A stretch of 64,000 nucleotides of DNA from Gemmatimonadota bacterium (GCA_022566515.1 JADFIT010000002.1:4068-68067), one strand, 5' to 3'. Numbered from the stretch's first letter, positions 17,636 to 27,305 are shown. Made by a program: numbers and translations. Notes: generated from the sequence alone by a model not told the origin.

Positions 17636-18607
17636 ATGAGGCAGATTGACGTACGCCGTGCGGCGGAGAGGATCACACCGCTGGCGCGACAAACGCCTGT
17701 CGTGCCGGCGCCGATACTGTCGACGCTATTGGGTGGGATCTCGGTATGGCTGAAGCTGGAGAACCTGCAAGTCACCGGGTCGTTCAAGGTGAGGGGCGCG
17801 GCTAACAAGATCGCATCGCTGGACAAAGAGGACAGGGAGCGCGGCATTGTGACGTGTTCCAGCGGCAACCATGGCCGGGCCGTCGCCTACGTCGCCGAGG
17901 CGTTGGCGATTCCTGCGACGGTGTGTGTTCCAGAGTGGGTCGATCCGGTGAAGCTCGAGGCTATACGGCAACACGGAGCGGAAGTGGTGCCTCACGGTGC
18001 GACCTATGATGAGGCGGAAGCGCACTCATTTGAGATCCAGCAGCAGCGTGGGCTCGTGTACGTGCACCCCTTTGACGATCCCCTTGTTATCGCGGGGCAG
18101 GGAACGATCGGCCTCGAGTTGGTGGAACAGATCCCCTCGTTGAGTACGGTCGTGGTACCGCTGTCAGGCGGCGGTTTGATCGCAGGGATTGCCAGCGCCG
18201 TGAAGGAGTGGGATTCGGATTGCCAGGTTATTGGAGTCTCCGCCCAGAACGCGTCCGTCATGCATGAGAGTCTCAGGGCTGGTGCTCCGCGGGCTGTCCC
18301 GGAGAAGGAAACGATTGCCAGCGCCCTTGCCGGAGGGATCGGTCTCGACAATCGGTATTCGTTCGATCTCGTTCGAGAGTTGGTGGATCAGCACGTACTC
18401 GTGTCGGAAGAGGAGATTCGTGAGGCGATGCGTTTCGCCGCCGCGGAACACAATGTGGTGGTGGAGGGAGGGGGAGCGGTCGCAATAGCCGCTGTCTTAT
18501 CCAAGAAACTCGTCGATCTGAGCGGGGACGTCGCCCTCGTGGTCAGCGGTGGGAACGTGGATCCGTCACTGCTGGCCGAGGTATTGACCGGGGCGGGGGC
18601 GCGTTAG
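17636..18607 (+). CDS. PLP-dependent threonine/serine dehydratase (fold-type II, no ACT domain)
   Basis: PLP-lysine motif TGSFKVRGA, SSGNHG, glycine loop PLSGGGLIAGI. The size (323 aa from ATG 17636) fits catabolic-type dehydratases or serine-racemase-like enzymes. The longer TTG start at 17573 is possible. Confidence 0.8.
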   Translation: MRQIDVRRAAERITPLARQTPVVPAPILSTLLGGISVWLKLENLQVTGSFKVRGAANKIASLDKEDRERGIVTCSSGNHGRAVAYVAEALAIPATVCVPEWVDPVKLEAIRQHGAEVVPHGATYDEAEAHSFEIQQQRGLVYVHPFDDPLVIAGQGTIGLELVEQIPSLSTVVVPLSGGGLIAGIASAVKEWDSDCQVIGVSAQNASVMHESLRAGAPRAVPEKETIASALAGGIGLDNRYSFDLVRELVDQHVLVSEEEIREAMRFAAAEHNVVVEGGGAVAIAAVLSKKLVDLSGDVALVVSGGNVDPSLLAEVLTGAGAR

Positions 18608-18668
18608 CCGGGGCAGTGTTTGGTACCCGATTGCTCCAGCGCTCCTCCGGTAGGTGCCGCTCAGCTGA

Positions 18669-19136
18669 TCAGCGCCCCTGGCCGCCCTTGTCGTCGAGGT
18701 AGTGGGTTGTGAACGGGCCCTGTCCCTGAACGTCCACGACGACCTCCTCGTCGCCGGTGAAGGCCTGCATCTTCGTGCCAGCGGGGAGCGCGATGAACGA
18801 TCCCGGTTGGAAGCTCTTGGCGGCGTCGCGGCTCAGCTCTTCACCGTAGGCAAAATACATCGTGCCGGAATAGACGGTGACGATCTCGGCGCCCCCATGG
18901 GTATGCGGTCTCCCTTCCCAATGCGGCGGCAGCTTGAAACGGATTGCGTAATGACCCTCGCTGGACGGATCCCCGTACAGGATCGCCATCAGAAAGCCCT
19001 CCTCAGTCTCCTGCCACTCGAGCTGGTCGGGCGCAAGGGCGACCACGTCAGCCGAAGGTTGCGCCTGGGCTTGGACGACGCTTGGGGAGAGTGTGAGTAG
19101 GAAGAGAGTGGCGAAAGCGGAGACGACGGCTCGCAT
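18669..19136 (-). CDS. Secreted cupin-domain protein
   Basis: ATG at 19136 is preceded by GGGAGG at good spacing. Signal peptide MRAVVSAFATLFLLTLSPSVVQAQA, then cupin-like HTHGGAEIVTVYSGT ... FIALPAGTKM. Confidence 0.7.
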   Translation of the reverse strand: MRAVVSAFATLFLLTLSPSVVQAQAQPSADVVALAPDQLEWQETEEGFLMAILYGDPSSEGHYAIRFKLPPHWEGRPHTHGGAEIVTVYSGTMYFAYGEELSRDAAKSFQPGSFIALPAGTKMQAFTGDEEVVVDVQGQGPFTTHYLDDKGGQGR

Positions 19137-19898
19137 GGTGACCTCCCGGTTTCGGAACATTATGAGAGAAATGATGTGGTGACCGCAGAGATTCGGCAAG
19201 AGTGGTCCATAGGTCGGAGAAAGATGGGCTGCCCAAAGTTGATACTAAGCAGCCGGTTCTGGGTGACCGCTGCTGCGACCTCTGAAGAACACCTCCCTTT
19301 GATTCCAACTCACGGGCCTAGCGGCTCAGTCGAGCCTGCCGGGCCGAGCTTTCGGCCACGCCCTCTCGCAAAGCCCCGAACGTTGCTGAGACGCTCGGGG
19401 CTACATGAGCGAGATGGGACCGCTATTAGCCCAACCTGAGAGTGCCTGGCGTCATTTGAAGCAAGGCCACGCCACCCCACCCAATATGGGTCCCGCCGGG
19501 CGCCCCGCCAGCCCAGGAGACAGTCGCGCCTTGCTCCGACATCAAGGGTTACTTGCCAATGCCCGAGCCGTTCCCCGCCGCCACGAAGAACGCGTTTGTG
19601 CGGGAGTCCCTGCCTCAGTGTCACGCCGAGGCTGACCGGCTGGCGATTTCTGCTGCGGTGTGTGTTCCAGAGTGGGTCGCTGGTACCGGGCGGTTGTCTC
19701 CCGGCATCCCGAACGATCCCGGGAAGCTACGCGACGGTGGTTGCCCGGTGCGTTGAAACGCGGGCTCGGCCGCGGCGCTGAGCGCGCCGCGACTCGTCTT
19801 GAAAGACGTGTCTCACGTCATGTCCTTCAGGACACGTCCCGTAGGGGCCGAGCCCGGGCTTCAGCCCACCGGGAAAAGCGGAAGTTTCTAGAGGGCAA

Positions 19899-19985
19899 CG
19901 GAGAGGGAGGGATTCGAACCCTCGAAGGCCGCAAGACCTCACCGGTTTTCGAGACCGGCTCCTTCAACCACTCGGACACCTCTCC
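19899..19985 (-). tRNA. tRNA-Ser (anticodon CGA)
   Basis: Reverse complement reads GGAGAGG-TG-TCCGAGTGGTTGAAGGA-G-CCGGT-CTCGAAA-ACCGG-long variable arm-GAGGG-TTCGAAT-CCCTC-CCTCTCC-G. It has a 7-bp acceptor stem, a T-loop GGTTCGAATCC, the long variable arm typical of class II tRNAs, and no encoded CCA. Confidence 0.9.
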
Positions 19986-20426
19986 CAACGACGCATAATA
20001 GAGGGATGGGGAACCTCTTTCCAGGGCTGTCATGTCGAACCTTCTGGTTGCGATCGAGCGTAGGATCTACTGGACCTGGACATTCTATATCGGAGCCCGA
20101 TGCATCGGCCAGGCGGTGGCACGACGCGCTCTAGGATTCGGAATGTCTATCCTTATATAGGCATCAATCCCCATAATAGGGATCAATCCACCAACACGTG
20201 TTCTAGGCAGAAGCCGGCGCCCGGCGAGCGACGAATTGCTGCAAGTGGCGGCATCGTCGACGAAGAGGCCCTGTCCGTGCCACATCTGGGCAGCGCCACT
20301 CGGCACAGCCGGGCCGCCAATGGCGCGAGCAGGGCGGCCCGGAACGTCGTGCTGGCCGGCTACCCGCCGATCACACCGGTTCCTCGTTGACCTCATGGCC
20401 TTGCCCCCCTAAATTCCGCGGCGACT

Positions 20427-20981
20427 ATGAGCGTTGCAGACAAACGCAACACCCTCCTCAACGCCCGTGACATCGCCCGGGCGATACAGCGTATGGCCAA
20501 GCAAGTCGTCGATTTCGCTGGCGGTACCGACCGCCTGGTATTGGTCGGTATCCAGCGGCGTGGTGTGGACCTCGCCCGGCGGCTGGGAACCCTCATCGCC
20601 GACGGCGACGAGACGGTCATACCCAGGGGAGAGCTGGACATCACCCTATACCGTGACGATCTGCAGACCATCGGCCCTGCCCCAGTGGTGAGGAGAACCG
20701 ATATCCCCATGGAGCTGACCGACCGGTGCGTGATGATCGTGGACGACGTCCTGTTTACGGGCCGCACCGTGCGAGCGGCCCTTGCCGTGCTCACCGACTT
20801 CGGGCGCCCGTCGAGAATCGGCCTGTGCACGCTGATCGACCGGGGTGGACGGGAGTTGCCGATCCAAGCCGACATTGTAGGGGAAACCGTGGACGCCAAA
20901 CCCGGTGACCGTGTAGACGTCCTGTTGGAGGAACGCGACGGCGAAGATGCCGTGGTGCTGGTCCGAGGGTCGGAGGAATGA
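20427..20981 (+). CDS. pyrR: Bifunctional pyrimidine operon regulator / uracil phosphoribosyltransferase PyrR
   Basis: 184 aa. PRPP-binding loop [18 protein letters not shown] and N-terminal [15 protein letters not shown] are typical of PyrR. ATGA overlap with pyrB. Confidence 0.9.
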   Translation: MSVADKRNTLLNARDIARAIQRMAKQVVDFAGGTDRLVLVGIQRRGVDLARRLGTLIADGDETVIPRGELDITLYRDDLQTIGPAPVVRRTDIPMELTDRCVMIVDDVLFTGRTVRAALAVLTDFGRPSRIGLCTLIDRGGRELPIQADIVGETVDAKPGDRVDVLLEERDGEDAVVLVRGSEE

Positions 20982-21976
20982 TCCGCGACTCTTCCTCCTC
21001 GGCCCCATCCCTGGGGAAAGATCTCCTCGGCCTCGAACCTCTCTCCGCAGATCAAATCCGACTCGTCCTCGACACCGCAGAACCGTTCAAAGAAGTGAGC
21101 GAACGGGCCATCAAGAAGGTCCCGACTCTTCGCGGTAAGACGATCGTGAACCTGTTCTACGAGGCCTCCACACGAACGCGCATCGCGTTCGAGTTCGCCG
21201 AGAAACGGCTGTCGGCCGATACGGTGAACATCGCGGCGGCGGGTTCTTCGGTGGAGAAGGGTGAGAACCTGGTTGATACGGCGCGCAACCTCGAGGCGAT
21301 GCGGATCGATATGGTTGTCATCAGGCATCCGGCCTCGGGCGCCGCCGCTTTCCTGGCCGATCGCATTCCATCCAATGTGATCAACGCCGGTGACGGTTGG
21401 CATGAACATCCCACTCAGGGATTGCTCGACCTGCTGACCATTCGCGACAAGTTGGGCCGCATCGAAGGGGTCAGGGTCTGCATCTGCGGAGACATACTGC
21501 ACAGCCGCGTGGCCCGCAGCAACATCTGGGGCTTGCTCAAGCTCGGCGCAGAGGTGGCTGTTTGCGGCCCCCGGTCGCTGCTTCCTCGGGGCATCGAGGA
21601 GCTGGGCGTACATGTCTTCAAGCACCCGGAAGAAGCCATCGAGTGGGCGGACGTGTTGAACGTGTTGCGACTCCAGCTGGAACGAATGCAGGCGGGCTAC
21701 ATCCCGTCTCTGGATGAGTACTACCGCGTGTACGGAATCACCCAGAAACGCCTCGAGCGTGCTCCCCGTGACGTGTTGATTCTCCACCCGGGGCCCATGA
21801 ACCGGGGCGTGGAGATCGACTCGATGGTCGCCGATGGACCGCACAGCGCGATCCTGCAGCAGGTGACAAACGGTATCGCCATCCGCATGGCCGTGTTGTA
21901 CCTCCTCTCGGGAGGCACACCGGAGCGGGCCAATGTGGCCCAGGCCGAAGATGTGCCGGCCGGAGTCAGACGATGA
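20978..21976 (+). CDS. pyrB: Aspartate carbamoyltransferase catalytic subunit
   Basis: STRTR motif ([11 protein letters not shown]), HPTQ ([10 protein letters not shown]), [10 protein letters not shown] (HPxP). Confidence 0.9.
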   Translation: MIRDSSSSAPSLGKDLLGLEPLSADQIRLVLDTAEPFKEVSERAIKKVPTLRGKTIVNLFYEASTRTRIAFEFAEKRLSADTVNIAAAGSSVEKGENLVDTARNLEAMRIDMVVIRHPASGAAAFLADRIPSNVINAGDGWHEHPTQGLLDLLTIRDKLGRIEGVRVCICGDILHSRVARSNIWGLLKLGAEVAVCGPRSLLPRGIEELGVHVFKHPEEAIEWADVLNVLRLQLERMQAGYIPSLDEYYRVYGITQKRLERAPRDVLILHPGPMNRGVEIDSMVADGPHSAILQQVTNGIAIRMAVLYLLSGGTPERANVAQAEDVPAGVRR

Positions 21977-23259
21977 GGCCGGTCTTGGTGAAAGGTGGGA
22001 GGGTGATCGATCCCTCTCGGCAATTGGACCAGGCAGCCGACGTGCTGATTCAGGACGGGCGGATCGCGGCGGTGGAATCGAACGTAACCGCCCCCGAAGG
22101 TGCCGAAACCATCGACGCATCGGGGATGGTGGTGGCCCCCGGTCTGGTCGACGTGCATGTGCACCTCCGGGAACCGGGCAAGGAGGCGGCGGAAACCGTG
22201 GCTACTGGAGCGCGGGCAGCCGCGGCGGGGGGCTTCACGTCTGTCTGCGCCATGCCCAACACCGACCCTATCACCGACAACCAGGCGGCGATCGGGTTCA
22301 TCGTCAAGCAGGCAAGCGCAGCAAACGGTGCCCGCGTTTTTCCCTACGGCGCAATCTCTATCGGCCAGCGAGGCGAGCAACTGGCCGAGTTCGCCAAGCT
22401 GATTGAAGCGGGAGCGATTGCGTTCAGCGACGACGGGCACCCGGTGCTGTCCAGCCATCTCATGCGAACGGCCCTCGAATACGCCCAGGCCTTCGGCATT
22501 CCGGTGGCCGATCACTGCGAGGAGCCGTCCCTCGCAAAGGGGGGCGCGATGCATGACGGTGTGGTCTCTACCCGACTCGGCCTCAAGGGAATCCCGGCTG
22601 CCGCCGAGGAGATCATGGTGGCGCGGGACGTGATACTGTCGGAACTCACCGGTGGGCACGTCCACCTCTGTCACATCTCCACCAAGGGCAGCGTGGACAT
22701 CATCAGACGGGGGAAGGAAAACGGCGTGAACGTGACCGCAGAGGTCACCCCCCATCACCTGACGCTGACCCATGACAAGTGTGAAGGCTACAACACCAAC
22801 GCCAAGATGAATCCACCTCTTCGTGAGGAAGCTGATGTGGTGGCGTTGCGGGAAGCGCTCAAAGACGGCACCCTCGACATGATCGCCACGGACCACGCGC
22901 CCCACCATTACGAGGCCAAGGAGCGGGACTTCGACGACGCCCCCTTCGGCATCGTCGGCTTGGAGACGGCTCTGGGGCTCGGCGTCAAGGAGCTGGTGAA
23001 CGGCGGCGTGCTGAGCTTGCCGGAACTGATGAGGCGGATGAGCACCGAACCCGCCAAAGCGTTTCACCTCGACGCCGGGACGCTGGAGCCCGGAAAACCG
23101 GCCGATCTGGTGATCTTCGATCCCGGCGCGACCTGGACAGTTGAGCCCACTGAGTTTCATTCCAAGAGTCGCAATACCCCCTATGCCGGCCATGTGCTCG
23201 CAGGCCGGGTCGAGCGCACTATCGTTGGCGGGCGGACGGTGTTTCAACGGGACTCATAA
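21973..23259 (+). CDS. pyrC: Dihydroorotase (class I, multifunctional-complex type)
   Basis: [13 protein letters not shown] metal-binding HxH, ATDHAPH and the overall amidohydrolase fold. 4-nt overlap with pyrB. Confidence 0.9.
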   Translation: MRPVLVKGGRVIDPSRQLDQAADVLIQDGRIAAVESNVTAPEGAETIDASGMVVAPGLVDVHVHLREPGKEAAETVATGARAAAAGGFTSVCAMPNTDPITDNQAAIGFIVKQASAANGARVFPYGAISIGQRGEQLAEFAKLIEAGAIAFSDDGHPVLSSHLMRTALEYAQAFGIPVADHCEEPSLAKGGAMHDGVVSTRLGLKGIPAAAEEIMVARDVILSELTGGHVHLCHISTKGSVDIIRRGKENGVNVTAEVTPHHLTLTHDKCEGYNTNAKMNPPLREEADVVALREALKDGTLDMIATDHAPHHYEAKERDFDDAPFGIVGLETALGLGVKELVNGGVLSLPELMRRMSTEPAKAFHLDAGTLEPGKPADLVIFDPGATWTVEPTEFHSKSRNTPYAGHVLAGRVERTIVGGRTVFQRDS

Positions 23260-23262
23260 GCG

Positions 23263-23952
23263 ATGTCCGATGCGGCTGGCCGGATGGCCGAATGCTGCCG
23301 GCGACTGGCTGACCTCGGACTCATAGCGGGAGCAGCCGGAAATATCTCGGTGCGCCTGGCGGAAGACCGGGTGCTGGTGACGCCGAGCGGTCTCATCAAG
23401 GCCGACCTTGGGTCGGAGGACATGGTTGAGGTGGATTTGGCCGGGGAGGTGATTCGGGGGCAGCACCCCCCGTCCGGCGAGCTGGGCTTGCACCTGCAGA
23501 TCCTGCGGTCTCGGGGAGACGTCACGGCGGTCATCCATGCGCACCCCCCGGTGGCTACCGGGATGAGCGTCGCCGGGCAAGAATTCGATTGGGATGTGCT
23601 CCCCGAGATGGTATTTTTAGTGGGCCGGGTGCCGGTCGTGCCCTATGGTGCTCCGGGCACCCGGGAACTGGCGAAGCTGATCGATCCGTTCATCGAGGGG
23701 CACGACACGTTGATTCTGGCCAACCATGGCGCCGTGTCGATGGGGGCGTCGCTGGATGAGGCGCAGATCCGTATGGAAACTTTGGAGCACAGCGCCAAGA
23801 TTGTCTTCACCGCCCGGTTGCTTGGTCGAGTGAGCCACCTCTCCCGGGACGAGGTGCGACGGTTGGAAGGCCTGCGACCAAATCGCGACCGTTCACGAGG
23901 GCTGCTCGACGGCCCCGCGCCGGGGCATTACAAGCCCCCGAAGGAGTCTTAG
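23263..23952 (+). CDS. Class II aldolase/adducin family protein
   Basis: GNISVR, VLVTPSG, VIHAHPP (zinc His cluster), LANHGAVSMG. Lies 3 nt after the pyrC stop. Confidence 0.8.
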   Translation: MSDAAGRMAECCRRLADLGLIAGAAGNISVRLAEDRVLVTPSGLIKADLGSEDMVEVDLAGEVIRGQHPPSGELGLHLQILRSRGDVTAVIHAHPPVATGMSVAGQEFDWDVLPEMVFLVGRVPVVPYGAPGTRELAKLIDPFIEGHDTLILANHGAVSMGASLDEAQIRMETLEHSAKIVFTARLLGRVSHLSRDEVRRLEGLRPNRDRSRGLLDGPAPGHYKPPKES

Positions 23953-24810
23953 ATGCCGAGACCGAGACGTCCACAGAAATCCTCGGAAGACGTCGAAAAG
24001 CTCCTGAACGAACGCCAGGCGGTCACTGAATGGCTGGAGCGTCTGGCACTCACCGGTGATGATGCTTCGGATGAAGTTCGGTCCAAGGTGCGGGAGGATT
24101 ACGAGACGCGCCTAGCAGCCGCGAGCAAGGGTCTCCAGGGCTATGCGGACGAGTTGCGTAGCACCCTTTCCAAAGAGACGAAGAAGCGAAACGACTTCTT
24201 GGAAAGGGAGCAGAGGGCAGAGGGGCGTCTCGCCGAGGCCAAACTGCGGCACGCTGTCGGCGAGTACGAGGACTCTCAGTGGAACGAAATCCATTCGGAG
24301 ATCCTCGGCGAGCTCGTCAAGGTGCGTGAGGGATTGAAGGCCGCCGGGAAAGAGATCGACCGGCTGGAAGACGTGCTATCGAGTATCGACCGGCGGCCCA
24401 CGGAGGATCAGGAGGAGCCCGAGAAGGAGCGAGTGTCGATCGCCGAGATCGAGCCGGAGCCGGACGGGGCCGGGGTCGCAGGAGGCGGGGCCGAGAAGGA
24501 GAGTAAGCCGGCCGGGAGGACGAGCGGTCAGACGGACGCCTTTGACGATCTGGCATTCCTGAAGAAAGTGGCGCCCGAAGCAGCGGGGAAAAGGCGAAGG
24601 TCAGGGGCCATGTTCAAGCCATTTGAGGGAGCCGGTACGGCAGCGGATAAGCCCGGTTCCACCGTGACCGCACCTGAGGAGAAGCTGCAAGTGGGTCCCG
24701 TGGAAGACCCTACGGCCAAGAAGACTTTGAAGTGCCAGGAGTGCGGGGCGATGAACCGTCCCACGGAGTGGTACTGCGAGAGCTGCGGTGCGGAACTCGC
24801 GGCCGTATAG
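23953..24810 (+). CDS. Coiled-coil protein with acidic/low-complexity linker and C-terminal zinc ribbon
   Basis: The start abuts the aldolase stop (TAGATG). The N-terminal 150 aa look heptad-like and charged. The C-terminus CQECGAMNRPTEWYCESCGAEL is a CxxC-N11-CxxC ribbon. Confidence 0.6.
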   Translation: MPRPRRPQKSSEDVEKLLNERQAVTEWLERLALTGDDASDEVRSKVREDYETRLAAASKGLQGYADELRSTLSKETKKRNDFLEREQRAEGRLAEAKLRHAVGEYEDSQWNEIHSEILGELVKVREGLKAAGKEIDRLEDVLSSIDRRPTEDQEEPEKERVSIAEIEPEPDGAGVAGGGAEKESKPAGRTSGQTDAFDDLAFLKKVAPEAAGKRRRSGAMFKPFEGAGTAADKPGSTVTAPEEKLQVGPVEDPTAKKTLKCQECGAMNRPTEWYCESCGAELAAV

Positions 24811-24813
24811 TTG

Positions 24814-25068
24814 CTAGCCCTTCGACTGAATCAGTTTCTGGAGGCGGGACTTCGTACGAGCTGCCATGTTCGGATGGATCAGGTGCTTGTGCGCCGCGCG
24901 ATCCAGAAGCTGCTCGGCCGAGCGAAAAGCGTCCTGGGCTTCGGCCCCCGTTCCGGCTGCATGCACGCGCTTCAGGGCAGTGCGCAAAGTGGACCGCTGT
25001 GCTTTGTTACGGAGCCGGCGCTTTTCACCCTGACGCATCCGTTTCTTTGCAGATCTCAAATTGGGCAC
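24814..25068 (-). CDS. rpsT: 30S ribosomal protein S20
   Basis: MPNLRSAKKRMRQGEKRRLRNKAQRSTLRTALKRV is a classic S20 N-terminus; 84 aa. Confidence 0.9.
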   Translation of the reverse strand: MPNLRSAKKRMRQGEKRRLRNKAQRSTLRTALKRVHAAGTGAEAQDAFRSAEQLLDRAAHKHLIHPNMAARTKSRLQKLIQSKG

Positions 25069-25209
25069 GAATAGTTCCTCTGGACTTCAGCTCGAACCAA
25101 CTGGAAAATCGGAGGCGAAAGGTATTCCGCGACTGCTGATGAGTCAAGACGGTGACAGAATGCATCCAGAACTCCGCATGCGGCACGGCACCCACCTCCC
25201 GGACATTTC

Positions 25210-25899
25210 GTGAGCCAGCTAGTCGAATTTCTCCTGGTGCTCCCGGTGCTGATCATTTCCATGGTGGCGCACGAGTATGCCCACGGGTACGCGGCCCTTC
25301 GTCAGGGGGATGGTACGGCCAAGGCGCTCGGACGGCTGACCATGAATCCCCTCAAACACATCGATCCGTGGATGAGCATTCTGCTGCCGGCCATGTTGTG
25401 GTTCGGCTCGGGTGGGCGGTTTCTCTTCGGCGGTGCCAAGCCAGTACCGGTGAACCCCAGGAATTACCGGCAATACCGACGTGGCGATATCATCGTATCG
25501 CTGGCGGGGATCGCAACGAACCTGGTTCTGGTGGTGGTGTTCTGGGTGTTGGCCGCCGGGGTTGGCGTGGTCGGCGCAGGGGTGGGAGTGGGAAGGGGAG
25601 CGTTTGTGGTGTTGCAGGGCGTGATGTATTGGGGGATATGGTTCAACCTGCTACTCGCCAATTTCAACTTGATCCCGATTCCGCCCCTGGATGGGTCGCA
25701 CGTGCTGTATCATCTCCTCCCGGCGGAAATCGGGTTAAGATATCGGCAGCTATCGCGCTACGGCATACTCATCATCATGGTGATGATATTCTTTTTCCGA
25801 CCGGCCCTGTTCCTATTGCTTCTCCCGGCTATCCTCACTCTCCGGCTGGCGATGGTGGCGATCAGCCCGTTCGCCCTCGAGCCGTTCGGACTGTTCTGA
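25210..25899 (+). CDS. Site-2 protease (M50) family membrane metalloprotease
   Basis: HExxH in a TM helix (ISMVAHEYAHGYAA), NLIPIPPLDGSHV (the LDG motif of M50), about 6 TM segments. Confidence 0.8.
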   Translation: MSQLVEFLLVLPVLIISMVAHEYAHGYAALRQGDGTAKALGRLTMNPLKHIDPWMSILLPAMLWFGSGGRFLFGGAKPVPVNPRNYRQYRRGDIIVSLAGIATNLVLVVVFWVLAAGVGVVGAGVGVGRGAFVVLQGVMYWGIWFNLLLANFNLIPIPPLDGSHVLYHLLPAEIGLRYRQLSRYGILIIMVMIFFFRPALFLLLLPAILTLRLAMVAISPFALEPFGLF

Positions 25900-25900
25900 C

Positions 25901-26638
25901 ATGAGCGTGCGAATCATTGATACGAGCAGCGACAAGCCGTTCGTCGTCGAGCTGGATTCGTTCTCCGGGCCACTCGATCTGTTGCTCCATCTCATCCGCG
26001 AGCAGGAAATCGACATCGCGGACATTCCCATCGCGAGTGTCGCTGATCAGTTCTTCTCAGTTATCCGGGATCTCGGTTTGAATCAAGCTGCCGAGTACCT
26101 GGAGATGGCGGCGCGACTGTTGAGAATCAAGATCCAGATGCTGCTGCCACGGTCGCTCGACGATGACGAATGGGAGGATCCCCGGGCAGCATTGGTGAGG
26201 AGGTTGCTGGAGTACGAGCAAATCCGTGAGGTGGCCGATTGGCTGTTGAGTCGTGCATCGGCGCGGGCGGAGCAATTCCCCAGAGGTTGGGTGCCGCCAC
26301 CGCCCGATCCGCTGCCTCCGGAGATCGTGATCGACCTGGAGCAAGTGGTTCGAGCCGTCGAGGAGGTCATCGAAGGCATGGTGCAGCCGGTGATCCACCG
26401 GGTGGTTCCCCGACCGCTCGACGTCGAGGGGGCTACGGCCCGCATTCGCGCGATGCTGGCCGGTCGGCAACGGCTTGATTTTAGCGAGCTAGTCGGCGAG
26501 CGTCCTCATGTGTCGGTGGTCATGTCCATGCTGATCGCGCTCCTGGAACTGGCGCGGCTCGGCGAAGCACGAATCACTCAAGCAAAGCCGTTCGAGGAAC
26601 TCAGGATCATTGGTGAACCATCTCACGAAGCTGGTTGA
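25901..26638 (+). CDS. scpA: Segregation and condensation protein A (kleisin)
   Basis: FSGPLDLLLHLIREQEIDIADIPIASVADQF and the C-terminal winged-helix part (VVMSMLIALLELARLGEARI). Confidence 0.85.
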   Translation: MSVRIIDTSSDKPFVVELDSFSGPLDLLLHLIREQEIDIADIPIASVADQFFSVIRDLGLNQAAEYLEMAARLLRIKIQMLLPRSLDDDEWEDPRAALVRRLLEYEQIREVADWLLSRASARAEQFPRGWVPPPPDPLPPEIVIDLEQVVRAVEEVIEGMVQPVIHRVVPRPLDVEGATARIRAMLAGRQRLDFSELVGERPHVSVVMSMLIALLELARLGEARITQAKPFEELRIIGEPSHEAG

Positions 26639-27305
26639 GGCCGCCCTGTTCTCGGCCGCTCAGCCCCTGTCACTGGCGGATCTAAAGGCGCTCGATCCCG
26701 ACCTCGGACCGGGCGAACTGCGGGAGGCAGTGGACGCTCTCCGGGAGCATTACGAGTCTCAGGACCATGCCTTCGAGCTGGTGGAGCTGGCTGATGGTTT
26801 CCAGTTGCTCACCCGGCCGGAATATGCGGAGGCCATCACCCAAGCCCGGATGGTGAGCCGGCCGCGGAAGCTGTCCGGGGCTGCGATGGAAACGTTGGCG
26901 ATTATCGCCTATCGGCAGCCCGTCGGTCGGGCCGAGATCGAGGAGATCCGCGGTGTCGCAGCCGATGGCGTGTTGAAGTCGTTGCAGGAGCGGGGCTTCC
27001 TAGTTGTGGCCGGACGGGGCGAGGGGCTGGGGCGCCCGCTCCTGTACGGTACGACGCCCCGGTTCCTCGAGATGCTGGGACTCACGGAGCTATCGGAGCT
27101 GCCGCGTCTGGATCAGCTGTCGGTGGCGCTTCGCCCGTTGGGGGCCGGGCTGCCGTCGGGCACTGAATGGGAACCCGCTCGGGCGATGACCGGTGAGGCG
27201 CCGAGTCCCGAGCAGGGAGAGGCCGAAACCGCCCCCGCTCCCACGCCCACCCCCGCTCCCGTCCCAGCCCCCGCTCAAGTCGAGGAGGAACTCCAGGAGT
27301 CGTGA
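26610..27305 (+). CDS. scpB: Segregation and condensation protein B, with Pro/Ala-rich C-terminal tail
   Basis: VEAALFSAAQPLSL..., LSGAAMETLAIIAYRQPVGRAEIEEIRGV, YGTTPRFLEMLGL. TTG/GTG start overlapping the scpA end. Tail APAPTPTPAPVPAPAQ. Confidence 0.85.
   Translation: MVNHLTKLVEAALFSAAQPLSLADLKALDPDLGPGELREAVDALREHYESQDHAFELVELADGFQLLTRPEYAEAITQARMVSRPRKLSGAAMETLAIIAYRQPVGRAEIEEIRGVAADGVLKSLQERGFLVVAGRGEGLGRPLLYGTTPRFLEMLGLTELSELPRLDQLSVALRPLGAGLPSGTEWEPARAMTGEAPSPEQGEAETAPAPTPTPAPVPAPAQVEEELQES

Noticed and set aside
19200-19898. Known structured ncRNA (RNase P RNA, tmRNA, SRP RNA, 6S) next to tRNA-Ser
   Set aside because: Only partial chance resemblances turned up (GGAGAAAGATGGGCT versus the RNase P P4 motif; AAGCAGCC versus the SRP motif). 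There is no tRNA-like 3' end for tmRNA and no coherent set of conserved motifs.
20034-20426. PyrR-binding RNA attenuator in the pyrR leader
   Set aside because: I looked for the conserved PyrR binding-loop core (UCCAGAGAGG-like) and a terminator/antiterminator pair and found neither. pyrR/pyrB also overlap, leaving no internal attenuator. A covariance-model scan would be needed to be sure.
19899-20426. Integrated mobile element or genomic island at the tRNA-Ser gene
   Set aside because: No integrase, transposase, phage or plasmid genes appear anywhere in the window. I saw no direct repeat of the tRNA 3' end. GC content of the flanks looks like the rest of the window, apart from a 70-bp AT-rich patch.
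20393-23247. Very long minus-strand ORFs (20393-22120, 575 aa; 21721-23247, 508 aa) antisense to pyrR/pyrB/pyrC
   Set aside because: Their translations are R/P/S/G/H-rich with no recognisable motifs. The plus-strand frames encode textbook PyrR, PyrB and PyrC. Long stop-free antisense frames are expected in high-GC DNA.
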